Origin: Anaerolineales bacterium | GTDB lineage: Bacteria; Chloroflexota; Anaerolineae; Anaerolineales; E44-bin32 | Direction of reading: 5' to 3' | Assembly: GCA_016927115.1 (NCBI GenBank) | Contig: JAFGNH010000025.1 | Span: 1,202-65,201, forward strand | Length of the DNA stretch: 64,000 nucleotides | In this document: one piece after another, positions 11,800 to 22,776 of the stretch | How the letters are laid out: the number at the start of each line of letters is the position of its first letter | Numbering within the stretch: the stretch's first letter is position 1 | The notes under the pieces: generated by a model | The model's input: the letters and a program-made list of their open reading frames with translations, nothing else | The model's database searches: none | What the model was told of the DNA's origin: nothing | Position numbers and translations under genes: made by a program

Positions 11800-13143
11800 T
11801 CAGCCATTTTTCATTTTGTTGCGCATTGAAACCCGGAGAGCATATTGATGAAGCTGTTTCAACCGGGCGGTTTGCTCGGGGTCCAAATCTTCCTGATAAG
11901 CCCCTTGCATCATTGCATTCAGGCAGTCCTCATCGATTTCCTCTGCGCGAGAATTGATCAGCGTCTTGGCTTCTTCAATATCTTCGGAATCCATAATTTC
12001 CTGAGCCAGCTGGAGGCCGCCGGGCAGGGAAGATCTGATAAGGTTTCTTATCTGTTGGTCAACTGTATTCAAACGATCGAGGAGTTCATGGTCTTTCTTT
12101 TCCTGGGCTGTGCGAATATTCGCTTGCAGGATTCCCAGAAAGAGCTCATCAATATACGGCAGCGCAGCCATCACTGCCTTCTCCACTTCCTTTGCGTTTA
12201 CGATGGATTGAAGGAGGGCATTGGATTGATTGACCCTTGCTTCCTGCAGCTTATCGATTTCATCGGTTAGATCGAGGATGGTCTTCCGGAGCTTTTCCAG
12301 CCGTTCTTTCTCGGAATCCACAGCAGCATCAATTTTCTCAGTGAGGAGCTGGAAGAAGGTGTAATCGAGAGCAGGCCGTATCATGCTGACCAGAGCGGAG
12401 ACCCGATCTTCGTTCGGAGCTTTGATCAATAGATCAAGAATCGCCTCGCGATCCAGTTTATCGCCGTATTCTTTCAGGCTTTCGGCCGCAGTCCGGATTT
12501 CCTTCTCCTGTGTTTCAAGCTTTTTACCAAAGGTTGTCAGGCGGAGTAAGGCTTCGATTTTTTGGGCAGCCGCAGTTCTCGCTCGTTCATCAGGAGTTGC
12601 TTGCAGTGCGTAGCTGGCAAGTTGGAAAAAAGTCTCATCCAGGTCCTGATCATGCTCGCTTGCGAACATTTCATGCTGGTCATCTGGCAGGCGTAGTATG
12701 TCTTCGAGCAGGCGCATTTTTGCTTTCTGATCTTCTATCTGTTCCTTTGTGATTCCGTCTGCCTCCAGGATTCGTTCCACCAATCCCTGGAAGGTAAGAG
12801 CTGATTGGGGCTGCAGAAGATAGGCTTTGCGTTTTTCCATAGGCAGACTGTTTGTTACTTCATTGATCAGTTTGCCGATTATCCGTTCCTGCTCATTCTT
12901 GGGCAGCCCAACTTCGACAGGAATGTAAGTAAGCAGCAGTTCCTTCTGGGGATCATGATAAACAAGAGGCGTCGGAATCTGCCACTGCGTATTACACACA
13001 GGGCACTGAGCTGCGTTAAGTGAACCTGAGAGCAGATGTGCTTTCAGGTTCGGGTTTGTACCAACATCGATGAGTTGATAGAATTCCGCCTGGACGGGAT
13101 TCTGACAATTAGGGCAGCGTATTTGTGTTATATTTGCTGGCAT
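11800..13143 (-). CDS. CpXC domain-containing protein with helical C-terminus
   Basis: N-terminal CPNC...CPVC...PLVYHDP pattern, then a long all-alpha region. Confidence 0.75.
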   Translation of the reverse strand: MPANITQIRCPNCQNPVQAEFYQLIDVGTNPNLKAHLLSGSLNAAQCPVCNTQWQIPTPLVYHDPQKELLLTYIPVEVGLPKNEQERIIGKLINEVTNSLPMEKRKAYLLQPQSALTFQGLVERILEADGITKEQIEDQKAKMRLLEDILRLPDDQHEMFASEHDQDLDETFFQLASYALQATPDERARTAAAQKIEALLRLTTFGKKLETQEKEIRTAAESLKEYGDKLDREAILDLLIKAPNEDRVSALVSMIRPALDYTFFQLLTEKIDAAVDSEKERLEKLRKTILDLTDEIDKLQEARVNQSNALLQSIVNAKEVEKAVMAALPYIDELFLGILQANIRTAQEKKDHELLDRLNTVDQQIRNLIRSSLPGGLQLAQEIMDSEDIEEAKTLINSRAEEIDEDCLNAMMQGAYQEDLDPEQTARLKQLHQYALRVSMRNKMKNG

Positions 13144-13169
13144 AGGTAACCTTTACAATAATGTGATAT

Positions 13170-14732
13170 TTACTCGGAATTACACGGGAGCGAGAAACAA
13201 ATTCTCGCGCCATCCTGATAGGATTCATCCACCCAGATGTGGCCTCCATGTGCTTCGATTACCGCTTTGGCCAGGTATAAACCAAGGCCTGCACCAGAAG
13301 TCTTTTTTACAGCTGTGCGAGCTCTATAGAAACGGTCAAAGATATACGGAATGTCGTCCGGATCCACGCCGGGCCCGTGATCGCTGACACAGAGTATGTA
13401 TTCATCGCTGGTGCTTCGGCCGGATAGGGTGATCTCACCACCATCAGGTGAATATTTTACTGCGTTTGAAAGCAGATTTGTAATAACCTGGGTGATTCTT
13501 TCCTCATCTGCTATGATGACTGCGAAATTTTCTGTAACAGTGCTCTGGAAAGTATGTTTCCCGGATTGTGTCTTGAAGCGTTCGATCAGACGTGTTGTGA
13601 GCCTGCCGAGATTGACTTCCGACAGGTTAAGGACAGGAGCACCAGATTGAAGTCTTGAGGCATCCAGCAAGTCGTCGATAAGCTCTGCCAAACGGTCTGA
13701 TTCTTCTTCGATTACTGCCAGGCTGTCCTGTACCGTTTTCCGATCCCAGTGTGCGTCCTCACGCCGAAGTGTACCCACATAACCTTTTATCAGCGCAACA
13801 GGGGTGCGCAGTTCATGGCTGATAACGGAGATGAAAGAGCTTTTGAGTTCTTCAGCCTCGCGGAATTTTGTAATATCCCGAATGTTTGCCACAATACTGA
13901 GCAAGCTTTCATCTGCTGAAAAAATGGGTGCATAGGTTATCCCGATGCTGATCAGACTCTTATCCTTTCGAATAAGGTCGCCCTCAACGTAAATCGAGGA
14001 GGGTGAATTCTTGGCAGGCCATCCGGTAGAGATTGCTTCTTCGAGAGAGGAACCAGGTTCACGCCGTTTCCATTGGATGATAGCGGCATGGTTCTGATAC
14101 AGGACATCTTCTTCCATATGCCCTGTCAGTCGAGAGCAGGCAAGATTAAAGCGGCTGAATTGCAGCTCCGGGTTCAGCAGGAAAAGCCCATCTGCTGTGG
14201 AATCAAGGACTGCATCAAGAAATTTCTTCTGCTGGGTAGCCTGGGTGAACAACCGTGCATTCATGACAGCGATCGCTGCCTGTGAAGCAAAAGACTCCAG
14301 AAAAGATGTATCCTCCGCAGAGAAGCGGCTGCGGTAAGAGCGAAACATAAAAATAGTGCCCACCACTTTCTGTTCAATCAGGAGAGGTAATCCGACACTT
14401 GTCAGCAAACCGTGGGATGCTGATTGGATGATACGTTGGAGGCGGGTGTTGACCTCCATGATTTCGAACCGGCCTGGATCTTCTGATTCAGGGATTTCCT
14501 TAAAAAGCGGTTCAAGATGTGAGAGAAATGCAGGATTGATCCCATACGATGCTGAGATTCGCCAATCGCCATTTTCTTCACGCAGTGCGATAAGACCCGC
14601 ATGGCTGGCAAGGAGTTCGGCAGAGGCACGCAGAAGACGCGCCAATACTGTGCGGAGGTCAAGCTCCTCTGTGATCGATCTGGATATTTCCAGAAGGTAA
14701 TCACGTTGCCGAACCCTGAAATCAGGCAGCAT
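13170..14732 (-). CDS. Cytoplasmic GAF-PAS sensor histidine kinase
   Basis: GAF (ASQAAIAV.NARLF), PAS, H-box SHELRTP, N-box NLLSNAVKYS, G boxes DHGPG and GAGLGL. Confidence 0.93.
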   Translation of the reverse strand: MLPDFRVRQRDYLLEISRSITEELDLRTVLARLLRASAELLASHAGLIALREENGDWRISASYGINPAFLSHLEPLFKEIPESEDPGRFEIMEVNTRLQRIIQSASHGLLTSVGLPLLIEQKVVGTIFMFRSYRSRFSAEDTSFLESFASQAAIAVMNARLFTQATQQKKFLDAVLDSTADGLFLLNPELQFSRFNLACSRLTGHMEEDVLYQNHAAIIQWKRREPGSSLEEAISTGWPAKNSPSSIYVEGDLIRKDKSLISIGITYAPIFSADESLLSIVANIRDITKFREAEELKSSFISVISHELRTPVALIKGYVGTLRREDAHWDRKTVQDSLAVIEEESDRLAELIDDLLDASRLQSGAPVLNLSEVNLGRLTTRLIERFKTQSGKHTFQSTVTENFAVIIADEERITQVITNLLSNAVKYSPDGGEITLSGRSTSDEYILCVSDHGPGVDPDDIPYIFDRFYRARTAVKKTSGAGLGLYLAKAVIEAHGGHIWVDESYQDGARICFSLPCNSE

Positions 14733-14741
14733 AATGGCGGT

Positions 14742-16058
14742 TTATCTCTCCTTCTCAGCTTCGGTGATGGAGGCTTCCAGGATCTTCAGGGATTCATCGA
14801 TAATCGATTGTGAGATATTCAGCGGTGGCGCAAGACGAACAACGCTCTCACCACATCCCAGTGTGATAAGACCATTTTCAAATGCGATTTTTTCCACCCG
14901 ATCACGCAGAGCCTTGTCCGGCTTGCGAGATTGTTTATCTTTGACAAAATCAATTCCGATCATAAGACCTTTACCACGTACATCTCCAATAGATGGATGG
15001 CGAACCTGGATTTCAGCAAGTGCGTCCATAAAATAGGTTCCCATTTCAGCCGCATTTTCCCGGAAGGATGCACCAATCAGTTCGAGTGTTGCCAGCCCTG
15101 CGCTGCAAGCCAGTGGATTCCCGCCATACGTGTTGCCGTGAGCACCCATGGGCCAATCCATCACGCTCTCTCTGGCCATAATCCCGCCCAGCGGAACGCC
15201 GGATGCTATGCCCTTTGCAAAGCAGACAATATCTGGCTCTACGTCCCAGTGCTCGATAGCCCACCACTTGCCTGTACGCCCGACACCTGCCTGGACTTCA
15301 TCATCAATCAGCAGGATGCCATATTTATCGCAGAGCTTCCGCAAAGCGGGGAAGAATCCATCTGTGGGAACAATGTATCCGCCTTCTCCCTGGATCGGCT
15401 CAACAAGGATGGCAGCGCAGTCATCAGGAGGAAGTGCATGCTTCAGGATGACATTTTCGATGTAATCAACGACCGTTTCACCATAATCGCGGCCATTTGT
15501 CTCCAGGATTGGACGGTATGGATCGGGATACGGGGCATGCACGACACCATTCATCAGCGGCATGAATCCCTGGCGGTATACTGGTTTACTGGCAGTGAAA
15601 GCCAGAGCTCCCATTGTACGACCATGAAAGGCTCCATAGAACCCGATAAACTGCTGCCGGCCTGTATGGTGGCGGGCCAGTTTGATCGCTGCTTCTACTG
15701 CTTCTGCACCGGAGTTTCCCAGAAAAATCTTTGCCGGCTCTTTAAACGGAGCGGTAGATACCAGTTTTTCGGAAAATTTAATCCAGACCGGATGGTAAAA
15801 ATCCGAGGATATGTGCAGAAATTTTTCTGCTTGATCCTTGATTGATTGAACTACTTTAGGATGGCTGTGTCCGGTTGAGCACACCGCAATTCCAGCCGCG
15901 AGGTCAATATAGCGGTTCCCCTCAACATCCCAGACTTCAGACCCCTTTCCATGATCCATAACAAATGGGTATGCTCGTGGATAGGATGGCGAAATAACAG
16001 CTTTATCTCTCTCTAAATAGGCTTCAGTTTTAGATCCAATCTGTTTTGATGTGCTCAC
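14742..16058 (-). CDS. Class III PLP aminotransferase (acetylornithine / 4-aminobutyrate-type)
   Basis: SGAEAVE, FHGRT, EPIQGEGG, DEVQAG.GRTG, PLP-lysine in FAKGIASG. Confidence 0.93.
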   Translation of the reverse strand: MSTSKQIGSKTEAYLERDKAVISPSYPRAYPFVMDHGKGSEVWDVEGNRYIDLAAGIAVCSTGHSHPKVVQSIKDQAEKFLHISSDFYHPVWIKFSEKLVSTAPFKEPAKIFLGNSGAEAVEAAIKLARHHTGRQQFIGFYGAFHGRTMGALAFTASKPVYRQGFMPLMNGVVHAPYPDPYRPILETNGRDYGETVVDYIENVILKHALPPDDCAAILVEPIQGEGGYIVPTDGFFPALRKLCDKYGILLIDDEVQAGVGRTGKWWAIEHWDVEPDIVCFAKGIASGVPLGGIMARESVMDWPMGAHGNTYGGNPLACSAGLATLELIGASFRENAAEMGTYFMDALAEIQVRHPSIGDVRGKGLMIGIDFVKDKQSRKPDKALRDRVEKIAFENGLITLGCGESVVRLAPPLNISQSIIDESLKILEASITEAEKER

Positions 16059-16330
16059 GAATTGGTTACCTCCATGGGGTAGGATGAGTTTGTTGAATTC
16101 TCATTGCTCTTCGATCCTGTTTGATCTGACAGGTCCAGACAGGCGTCAAGCTTGAGGGTGGAGATCCTTACTCACGAAATTATATCACTGCACATTAGTG
16201 TAGCCATACTGAAGGCAGCATTTGGAAGCAACCATCCAGAATCCCACTCCTGGAAAGGGTACAAGCGGGGCATCTGTGATGAGAAAACTCCTGTGGCCAT
16301 GATATTCCCGGTCTGAGCGATTCCTGCAAT

Positions 16331-16363
16331 AAAAAAAGGCTGTCAGAATTATTCTGACAGCCT
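16331..16363 (-). terminator. Intrinsic terminator of ftsH
   Basis: 13-bp inverted repeat AGGCTGTCAGAAT/ATTCTGACAGCCT followed by a T-run on the minus strand. Confidence 0.85.
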
Positions 16364-16383
16364 GTTGTGTGCTGGTGAAGGGA

Positions 16384-18279
16384 TTAATTTTTACTGGTGA
16401 GTTGATACGGAGTACCACCATTCTTTACTGGCACTTCGATATCAAATAGTTCTTCAAAAGCTTTTCGCTCGAGTGTTTCCTGTTCGATCAGGGTTTGAGC
16501 GATCAGATCAAGTTGTACACGGTAATTGGAAAGAATTTCAAGAGCACGTTCGTAGGAAGATTCAACAATCTGCCTTACTTCGCTATCGATAATTTCCGCA
16601 ATACTTTCAGAGTAGTCTCGCTGTTCTGAAATTTCTCTGCCAAGGAAAACCAGTTCTTCTTTCTGGCCATAAACCATGGGGCCGAGCTTCTTGCTCATAC
16701 CCATGCGGGTGACCATGGTTCTGGCCTTTTTTGTTACCTGCTCCAGATCATGGGAGGCGCCGGAAGTAATATCGTTAAAAACCAGTTCCTCTGCGGCGCG
16801 GCCACCAAGACTACCGGTAATGTCGGCCAGCAATTTGTTTCGCGAAATCAGAATGCGGTCCTCTTCGGGCAGGGCAATGGTGAAACCACCTGCCATACCA
16901 CGGGAAATTATGCTGACCTTATGGACGGGGTCGCATTCCGGGATGGCATGCATAACAACTGCATGTCCTGCTTCATGATACGCAACAATTTTCTTTTCCT
17001 CATCGGTGATGAGTCGGCTTTTTCTTTCGGGTCCGGCAATGACGCGTTCCACAGCTTCTTGAAGCTCGTCGGCTTCAATAATCTTTTTGTCCCTGCGGGC
17101 AGCCAGGATGGCAGCTTCATTGACCAGGTTTTCCAGGTCAGCACCGACAAAGCCTGGAGTCGCCTTTGCCACTACAGCGAGATCCACATCCGGACCAAAT
17201 GGTTTACCCCGGGCGTGTATCTTCAGGATAGCTTCCCGGCCCCGCATATCCGGTCTATCAAGAATTACACGGCGGTCGAACCTGCCGGGGCGCAGCAATG
17301 CAGGATCCAGCACGTCAGGCCGGTTGGTTGCGGCCATAATGATAACGTTGGTATCAGTATCGAATCCGTCCATCTCCACGAGAAGCTGATTCAGGGTTTG
17401 TTCGCGTTCGTCATGGCTTCCGCCCAGTCCAGCGCCACGCTGGCGGCCGACTGCGTCGATTTCATCCACAAAGACGATACATGGAGAATGGCGTTTTGCC
17501 TGTTCGAACAGATCACGAACGCGGCTGGCGCCGACACCGACAAACATTTCGACAAATTCAGAGCCGGAGATGGTGAAGAATGGCACACCAGCTTCACCGG
17601 ATACCGCTTTCGCCAGCAGCGTTTTTCCTGTTCCTGGTGGGCCCATCAACAACACACCCTTCGGAATCCTGGCGCCAAGGCTGATGAATTTTTCAGGTTC
17701 CTTCAGGAATTCAACAACTTCGCTGAGTTCTTCCTGCGCTTCCTCAACACCTGCGACATCTTCGAATGTAACTGTTGGCTGGTCACCGGTGAACATTCGT
17801 GCCCGGCTTTTGCCAAATGAAAGCGCTTGATTGTTACTGCCTTGAGCCTGGCGCAGCATGAATACCATCAAGCCAACCACGAGAAGGGCTGGGAGGATGT
17901 AGGTTATCAGGCTGAGTACTGTATTCCAATCACTGGGTTCTTTGATTTCAAGCTGGACATTATCTGCTGAAAGATGGTCAGGTGATACACCCAGGTTTCC
18001 CAGCTGTTCAACCAGTGTCGTGGAAGACTCCTTGCGGGATAAGGCATTGCTGCCATCACGCATAACAATCTCAAGCTCGTTTTCATCCACTATGATTTTG
18101 GCAATTTCACCCTGTTTGATCAGGTCAGCCAATTCATTGAAGTAAAGACGGCTGTCCTGGGGCATGCTGCCGTTAAAGCGGATGATGAGTACTGCCACAA
18201 TGACGATTAGCATAAGCACAACGAGTGAGCTTCTGCCCATGGGGCTATTTTGCTGTAAATCTCTTTTCGGTCTGTTCAT
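16384..18279 (-). CDS. ftsH: ATP-dependent zinc metalloprotease FtsH
   Basis: Two TMs, [19 protein letters not shown] ([20 protein letters not shown]), HEAGH. Confidence 0.98.
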   Translation of the reverse strand: MNRPKRDLQQNSPMGRSSLVVLMLIVIVAVLIIRFNGSMPQDSRLYFNELADLIKQGEIAKIIVDENELEIVMRDGSNALSRKESSTTLVEQLGNLGVSPDHLSADNVQLEIKEPSDWNTVLSLITYILPALLVVGLMVFMLRQAQGSNNQALSFGKSRARMFTGDQPTVTFEDVAGVEEAQEELSEVVEFLKEPEKFISLGARIPKGVLLMGPPGTGKTLLAKAVSGEAGVPFFTISGSEFVEMFVGVGASRVRDLFEQAKRHSPCIVFVDEIDAVGRQRGAGLGGSHDEREQTLNQLLVEMDGFDTDTNVIIMAATNRPDVLDPALLRPGRFDRRVILDRPDMRGREAILKIHARGKPFGPDVDLAVVAKATPGFVGADLENLVNEAAILAARRDKKIIEADELQEAVERVIAGPERKSRLITDEEKKIVAYHEAGHAVVMHAIPECDPVHKVSIISRGMAGGFTIALPEEDRILISRNKLLADITGSLGGRAAEELVFNDITSGASHDLEQVTKKARTMVTRMGMSKKLGPMVYGQKEELVFLGREISEQRDYSESIAEIIDSEVRQIVESSYERALEILSNYRVQLDLIAQTLIEQETLERKAFEELFDIEVPVKNGGTPYQLTSKN

Positions 18280-18370
18280 GAATACTATCTAATCTCCGAA
18301 TGCAATCGCTATGAAATATGGAATATCATTGAATTATACCGCAGCTGAAGGTGACCTGCTAGAAATCATG

Positions 18371-19414
18371 CTACGGGGCGTTTATTGGACAGGTTGGATA
18401 AAGCAGGCAAATCCAGATCCAGAACGGTACAAGACCTCCTATAGCTACAAACGCCAGTAAACTGAGAGTAATGGCAAGCCAATCAATTCTTATGATGTCT
18501 GCAGATGGAAACAGTTCTGTTTTTTCATTTGATTCGTCATTTGGTAAGGCTGATATCGAAAAACCTTCCTGCGGTAATTCGAGTTCTTTGCTCTCATACA
18601 CTTCCAGTACCCGGCCGAATTGGTCCGCCGTTCGGTAACGAGCTGAAGGCTCCTTGGCGAGGACTTTAAAGATGATCTGCTCCAGGGTTGCGGGAATGTC
18701 GGCATTCAGCTGACGTGGAGAGGGTGGAGGTTGGGTTAGATGCATTTCAAGCAGTTCCTCTGCATCTGTATGAATAAAGGGCAGCGAACCTGTAACCATT
18801 TCATAGAGCATGATGCCCAGTGAATAAACATCACTCGCTGCTGAAGGAGCACCACCTGCTGCAACTTCAGGAGCAAGATACTGCGGGCTTCCCCAGATGA
18901 TTTCGGAGTGTTCTTCCGGGTTGATATCTGCCAGTGTACGGGCAATTCCGAAATCAGCGATTTTAACTCGTCCATCTGTGGTCAGCAAAATGTTCTGTGG
19001 TTTCAAATCACAATGTACCAGACCAGCGCGATGTGCATAGCCGGCGCCTGAACAGATCTGCTGCATGAGATGTACTGCCAGAGGGATGGGCAGCGGGGAA
19101 TTTTGCCGGAGGTAGCTCTTCAGGTCCTGTCCTTCAATATATTCCATCACCAGGTAGGCGATTTCACTATCCAGACCAAAATCGAACACGGTTACAAGGT
19201 TGGGATGGCTGAGATTGGCAGCTGCGCGGGCTTCGTGGTGAAATCTCTCGATAAACTGGGTATTGTTTGATAATTCAGTGTGCAGTAGTTTGATAGCAGT
19301 GTCACGCAGCAGGTTTTTATCCTGTGCATGATAGACATCTGCCATTCCTCCGCTTCCAAGATGGGAGAGAATCCAGTAGCGATTGGCAATCAGTGTTCCT
19401 GGTTTAATATCCAC
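18371..19414 (-). CDS. Hanks-type Ser/Thr protein kinase with C-terminal TM (PknA/B-like, no PASTA domains)
   Basis: LGSGGMADV, AIK, HCDLKPQN, DFG, APE motifs; hydrophobic helix near the C-terminus. Confidence 0.93.
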   Translation of the reverse strand: MDIKPGTLIANRYWILSHLGSGGMADVYHAQDKNLLRDTAIKLLHTELSNNTQFIERFHHEARAAANLSHPNLVTVFDFGLDSEIAYLVMEYIEGQDLKSYLRQNSPLPIPLAVHLMQQICSGAGYAHRAGLVHCDLKPQNILLTTDGRVKIADFGIARTLADINPEEHSEIIWGSPQYLAPEVAAGGAPSAASDVYSLGIMLYEMVTGSLPFIHTDAEELLEMHLTQPPPSPRQLNADIPATLEQIIFKVLAKEPSARYRTADQFGRVLEVYESKELELPQEGFSISALPNDESNEKTELFPSADIIRIDWLAITLSLLAFVAIGGLVPFWIWICLLYPTCPINAP

Positions 19415-19518
19415 AACAGCTCCTGTTCAGGTGGATTCTAATCGCAGAATGGAACGCGGGCAAATGATTATACCTTACTATGATTGAACTTCAGATTATA
19501 ATGTGAGCGGAGGAATGG

Positions 19519-20505
19519 ATGACAAAGACAGCTGCTCTGATCCACAATGATGCTGCCGGACCTGTTCCCTCGCGAACATTATTATCCCGGGCAGTTCGTG
19601 AGCTTGAAAGAGGTGGATGGGAAATTGATGTATACGAACCGGAGAGCGGTCGCAGTATCTCGGATCTTGCCAGTCAGGCAGTACACCAGCAAAAGGATGC
19701 TGTTTTTGTTGCCGGGGGCGACGGAACTGTGGGAAGTGTGGCAGCTGTACTCGCAGGCAGTGACACGGCGCTCGGCGTGCTTCCTGCCGGGACAGCCAAT
19801 GTATGGGCACAGGAGTTGGGTTTGCGGGGATTGGACTGGATCCATTTGTATGCACTGGAGGAAGCTGCGCGGCGTCTTGTTGAAGGCAGCGTTCGCGAGG
19901 TGGATGTAGGCGTGTGCAATGATCTGGCTTTCTTGATGTGGACTGGCATCGGACTTGATGCCCAGGTTGTAAGTGCGATGGAGCCACGCGAACGCTGGGA
20001 AAAGACATTTGGAATAGCACACTACGCAAGCCAGGCTCTGGTCAGCACAATGATGTACACAGGGGTTCCCATGCGGGTTTCTTCTGGTGAAAAGCAGTGG
20101 GAGCGGCGGTTTTTAATGGCGATTGCATCCAACATTCGGTCTTATGCAGGCGGAATTGTCGAACTTTCTCCCGATGCAAAGGTTGATGATGGTCTGTTGG
20201 AATTCTGGCTTTTCGAAGGCAAGAATATGGCTGATGCACTCTGGATCGTTCTTCAGATTCTACGGGGGGATTTGATGGAAACTCCAGGAGTGGTCCATTT
20301 CCAGGCAGCTGAGGCATTATTTGAGGCAGAAGGGACACTTACGCTCCACATGGATGGAGAACCCCGTCAGATGGAGCCTCCCCTCAGATTTTCTGTTAAA
20401 CACAAATCATTGAAAATAATTTGCCCTGCAGAACGCACCAACCCGCTTTACACGGTTCTTCATCCTCCGGTGCTGCCAGGTTCTTCACCAGGGTCGGAAT
20501 TGTGA
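19519..20505 (+). CDS. Diacylglycerol kinase family (YegS/DagK-like) lipid kinase
   Basis: AGGDGTV, LPAGTAN, GIGLDA, DDGLL, MDGE motifs. Confidence 0.9.
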   Translation: MTKTAALIHNDAAGPVPSRTLLSRAVRELERGGWEIDVYEPESGRSISDLASQAVHQQKDAVFVAGGDGTVGSVAAVLAGSDTALGVLPAGTANVWAQELGLRGLDWIHLYALEEAARRLVEGSVREVDVGVCNDLAFLMWTGIGLDAQVVSAMEPRERWEKTFGIAHYASQALVSTMMYTGVPMRVSSGEKQWERRFLMAIASNIRSYAGGIVELSPDAKVDDGLLEFWLFEGKNMADALWIVLQILRGDLMETPGVVHFQAAEALFEAEGTLTLHMDGEPRQMEPPLRFSVKHKSLKIICPAERTNPLYTVLHPPVLPGSSPGSEL

Positions 20506-20978
20506 AGAGGTCTGCTGATGTTGTGAAAATACTGCTGCCGGCTGCAGGATTTTTAAGCGGCCTGTTTCTGACACTGCTGTTTTTGGTGCTGTTGCCGAAA
20601 ATATTTTCACTGAAGGGGACAACATCATCCGCTGGCTATACGGCTACGGTGATTCCATATGTCTTTACAAAACCACAGCAGACGGAAACACAGGAAACAC
20701 CAACAACGGCAGGTTCACAGCTTGACCTGAATATTGTAAAGTATACAGCAGGCGATAGCGTGATTGTCAGCCATACGGAAGGCCAGGGACTACGGCTTCG
20801 AGAGTATCCTTCGCTTGGCTCGCAGATGCTTTTCCTTGCCCAGGAAGGGGATCTGTACATAGTTGTAGGAGGGCCTTCGGATGCGGATGGATACCGGTGG
20901 TGGTATCTGGAGAATCAACAGGATACTGCACAAAGGGGCTGGGGGGTTGAGGAATTTTTAGAACAAATTAATGAGTAG
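20502..20978 (+). CDS. Membrane-anchored SH3b-like domain protein
   Basis: GTG start overlapping the upstream stop; N-terminal TM; GLRLREYPS...GGP..ADGYRWW...GW..E.FL pattern. Confidence 0.7.
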   Translation: MKRSADVVKILLPAAGFLSGLFLTLLFLVLLPKIFSLKGTTSSAGYTATVIPYVFTKPQQTETQETPTTAGSQLDLNIVKYTAGDSVIVSHTEGQGLRLREYPSLGSQMLFLAQEGDLYIVVGGPSDADGYRWWYLENQQDTAQRGWGVEEFLEQINE

Positions 20979-21038
20979 CATTTGCTTTTTTTGCTAAACT
21001 GGGCTAGGATGTGCTCCCTTCAAACAGGAGGGCGATCA

Positions 21039-21365
21039 GTGCAGCCTATAGAGATTCAGGTTCAAAAGGCACAGAAAACAGTTCGCATTCAGTGGGAAAA
21101 CGGCGAAGAGAAGCGGTATAGTTTCTCTGCTCTGCGGACTCACTGCCCCTGTGCAGATTGCAGGGTGGAACGGGAGAGAAATGCCCGGGGCGGTCAACTG
21201 CAAATCCCCTTGAGAATGAATGATTGGACTGATCTGGATCGAGTGGAATTAGTCGGAAATTACGCACTGCGCATATATTGGAAAGATGGGCATCAACATG
21301 GAATTTACTCATGGGACGTTCTCTATGGCATTCCATCGAAGCCCAGCGAGGAAAAGGAGTCGTAG
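21039..21365 (+). CDS. DUF971 / GBBH-like N-terminal domain protein
   Basis: LRTHCPCADC and VGNYAL.I.W.DGH..GIYSW motifs; GGAGG RBS before GTG 21039. Confidence 0.85.
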   Translation: MQPIEIQVQKAQKTVRIQWENGEEKRYSFSALRTHCPCADCRVERERNARGGQLQIPLRMNDWTDLDRVELVGNYALRIYWKDGHQHGIYSWDVLYGIPSKPSEEKES

Positions 21366-21368
21366 AGA

Positions 21369-21926
21369 GTGTCGGATCCCTTAGATGAGCTGTTGGTATA
21401 CGCTGAGCGTTCCTATATCCGTATGGAGGCGGAGCAGATAATCAGCGAATGCCTGCGGATAGGCGATGAAAGTGATTTTAACCATCTTATACAGCGGCTC
21501 TTTCTGGCGGGTTCATCGTCTATAGGGATATTAAGGGACATTCTGGAAGAAATTCGGATCAAGAAAAACGCTCTCAACAAGGAAAGTCTTGGGGTTCGTC
21601 AGGGCTTGCTGGATTCAATGGTTGAATTGGGCGTTGATTTTCCCCTCAGTTTTCTCTCAGAAAATCCGGAACATCTATTCCTTGTCCGTGAAAACCATTT
21701 GTTTGAGGATATCGCCTCTGCGGCTCCCATGCTGGATGAACGAAGCGTACATTTAGTGCAGGATATCTGCCGTGATGCCAGGGACCGGATTCGAATTCTA
21801 GCCAAACGGCTGAGCATGCTGAATACACTGGAGCGCACAGTCCGTGATTGGATGTCCAGTCTGGCGTATCAGGCAACGCGATCCAGGGATGATAATTTAC
21901 GATCACATACAGATCTTCCGATGTAA
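21369..21926 (+). CDS. Hypothetical all-alpha protein
   Basis: AAGGAG RBS, ORF directly follows DUF971 and is followed by a terminator; no recognised motif. Confidence 0.7.
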   Translation: MSDPLDELLVYAERSYIRMEAEQIISECLRIGDESDFNHLIQRLFLAGSSSIGILRDILEEIRIKKNALNKESLGVRQGLLDSMVELGVDFPLSFLSENPEHLFLVRENHLFEDIASAAPMLDERSVHLVQDICRDARDRIRILAKRLSMLNTLERTVRDWMSSLAYQATRSRDDNLRSHTDLPM

Positions 21927-21945
21927 TAAAAGAGATCGGGAAAAA

Positions 21946-21977
21946 CAAAAAAGCCGCTGCACTTCAGCGGCTTTTTG
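21946..21977. terminator. Bidirectional intrinsic terminator
   Basis: AAAAAGCCGCTG-cactt-CAGCGGCTTTTT between convergent genes. Confidence 0.9.
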
Positions 21978-22000
21978 CTTTTAAGTGGCATGGATTGAGA

Positions 22001-22654
22001 TTATAAGTAGTCTTTCAGGTTATGTTCGACTGCATATGCAGCAGCCTCAGCGCGGTTGCGGACATTCAGTTTGGATAGAATACTGCTGACGTAATTACGA
22101 ACGGTTCCCTCTCCAAGAAAGAGCATCTCGGCAATCTGGCGGTTGGTTCTACCCTCGGAGACCAGTTGGAGAACATGCATTTCCTGCTGGGTCAGGTCAG
22201 AAAATGCCGAAGCTTCTTCCTCCCGGGCGGCTTTACGGACTTCCTGGAATACCCGCTGTGTTACTGCAGGATCCAGCAGTGCTTCTCCCCTTCCAACCGC
22301 TTCAATGGCGTTGATCAGGTCATCTCCTCCAATTTGCTTAAGGACATAACCGGCGGCGCCGGCGCGGATTGCTGAGAACAGCATTTCATCTTCAGCGTAC
22401 GAAGTCAGCATGATAACGCGGGTTTTTGGGTATTTATTGGTAATTTCCTGACAGGCTTCAATACCAGAGCCACCTTTTAACCGGATATCCATGACGATGA
22501 CATCGGGTTTGTGGGATTGAGTTTTTTCGATAGCTTCTCTGGCGGTGGCTGCTTCAGCAACAACTTCCAAGTTTGGATTCTTATCCAGCAGCGCACGTAA
22601 GCCAAGTCGAACAACTTCATGGTCATCAACTAAAAGGATGCGTTGGCGTGCCAC
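22001..22654 (-). CDS. NarL/LuxR-family response regulator
   Basis: REC domain (LVDDH, MDI, GYVLK) plus LuxR HTH (LT.QE..VL..V.EG.TN.QIA..LFL...TVRNYVS). Confidence 0.95.
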   Translation of the reverse strand: MARQRILLVDDHEVVRLGLRALLDKNPNLEVVAEAATAREAIEKTQSHKPDVIVMDIRLKGGSGIEACQEITNKYPKTRVIMLTSYAEDEMLFSAIRAGAAGYVLKQIGGDDLINAIEAVGRGEALLDPAVTQRVFQEVRKAAREEEASAFSDLTQQEMHVLQLVSEGRTNRQIAEMLFLGEGTVRNYVSSILSKLNVRNRAEAAAYAVEHNLKDYL

Positions 22655-22776
22655 AGGGCTTCCTTTCCAGGTTCCTATGAATTTAATTCAGTTTTATTCT
22701 ACTTTAGCTGGATTCAGTCAGCAAGGGGCAGCTGCCCCGCATATACAGGAAGGATCTGCATATGAGGCCTGGTTGA

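Noticed and set aside
16059-16330. Possible riboswitch in the leader of the aminotransferase
   Set aside because: An extended -10 (TGATATAAT) is visible, but I recognise no aptamer consensus or terminator; an Rfam scan would be needed.
14931-17820. Long antisense ORFs (14931..15845 and 16750..17820)
   Set aside because: Shadow frames opposite well-conserved genes (aminotransferase, ftsH), with no motifs.
22725-22738. Perfect palindrome GGGGCAGCTGCCCC between the two response regulator genes
   Set aside because: Single occurrence, no U-tract and no second copy noticed; no function can be assigned.
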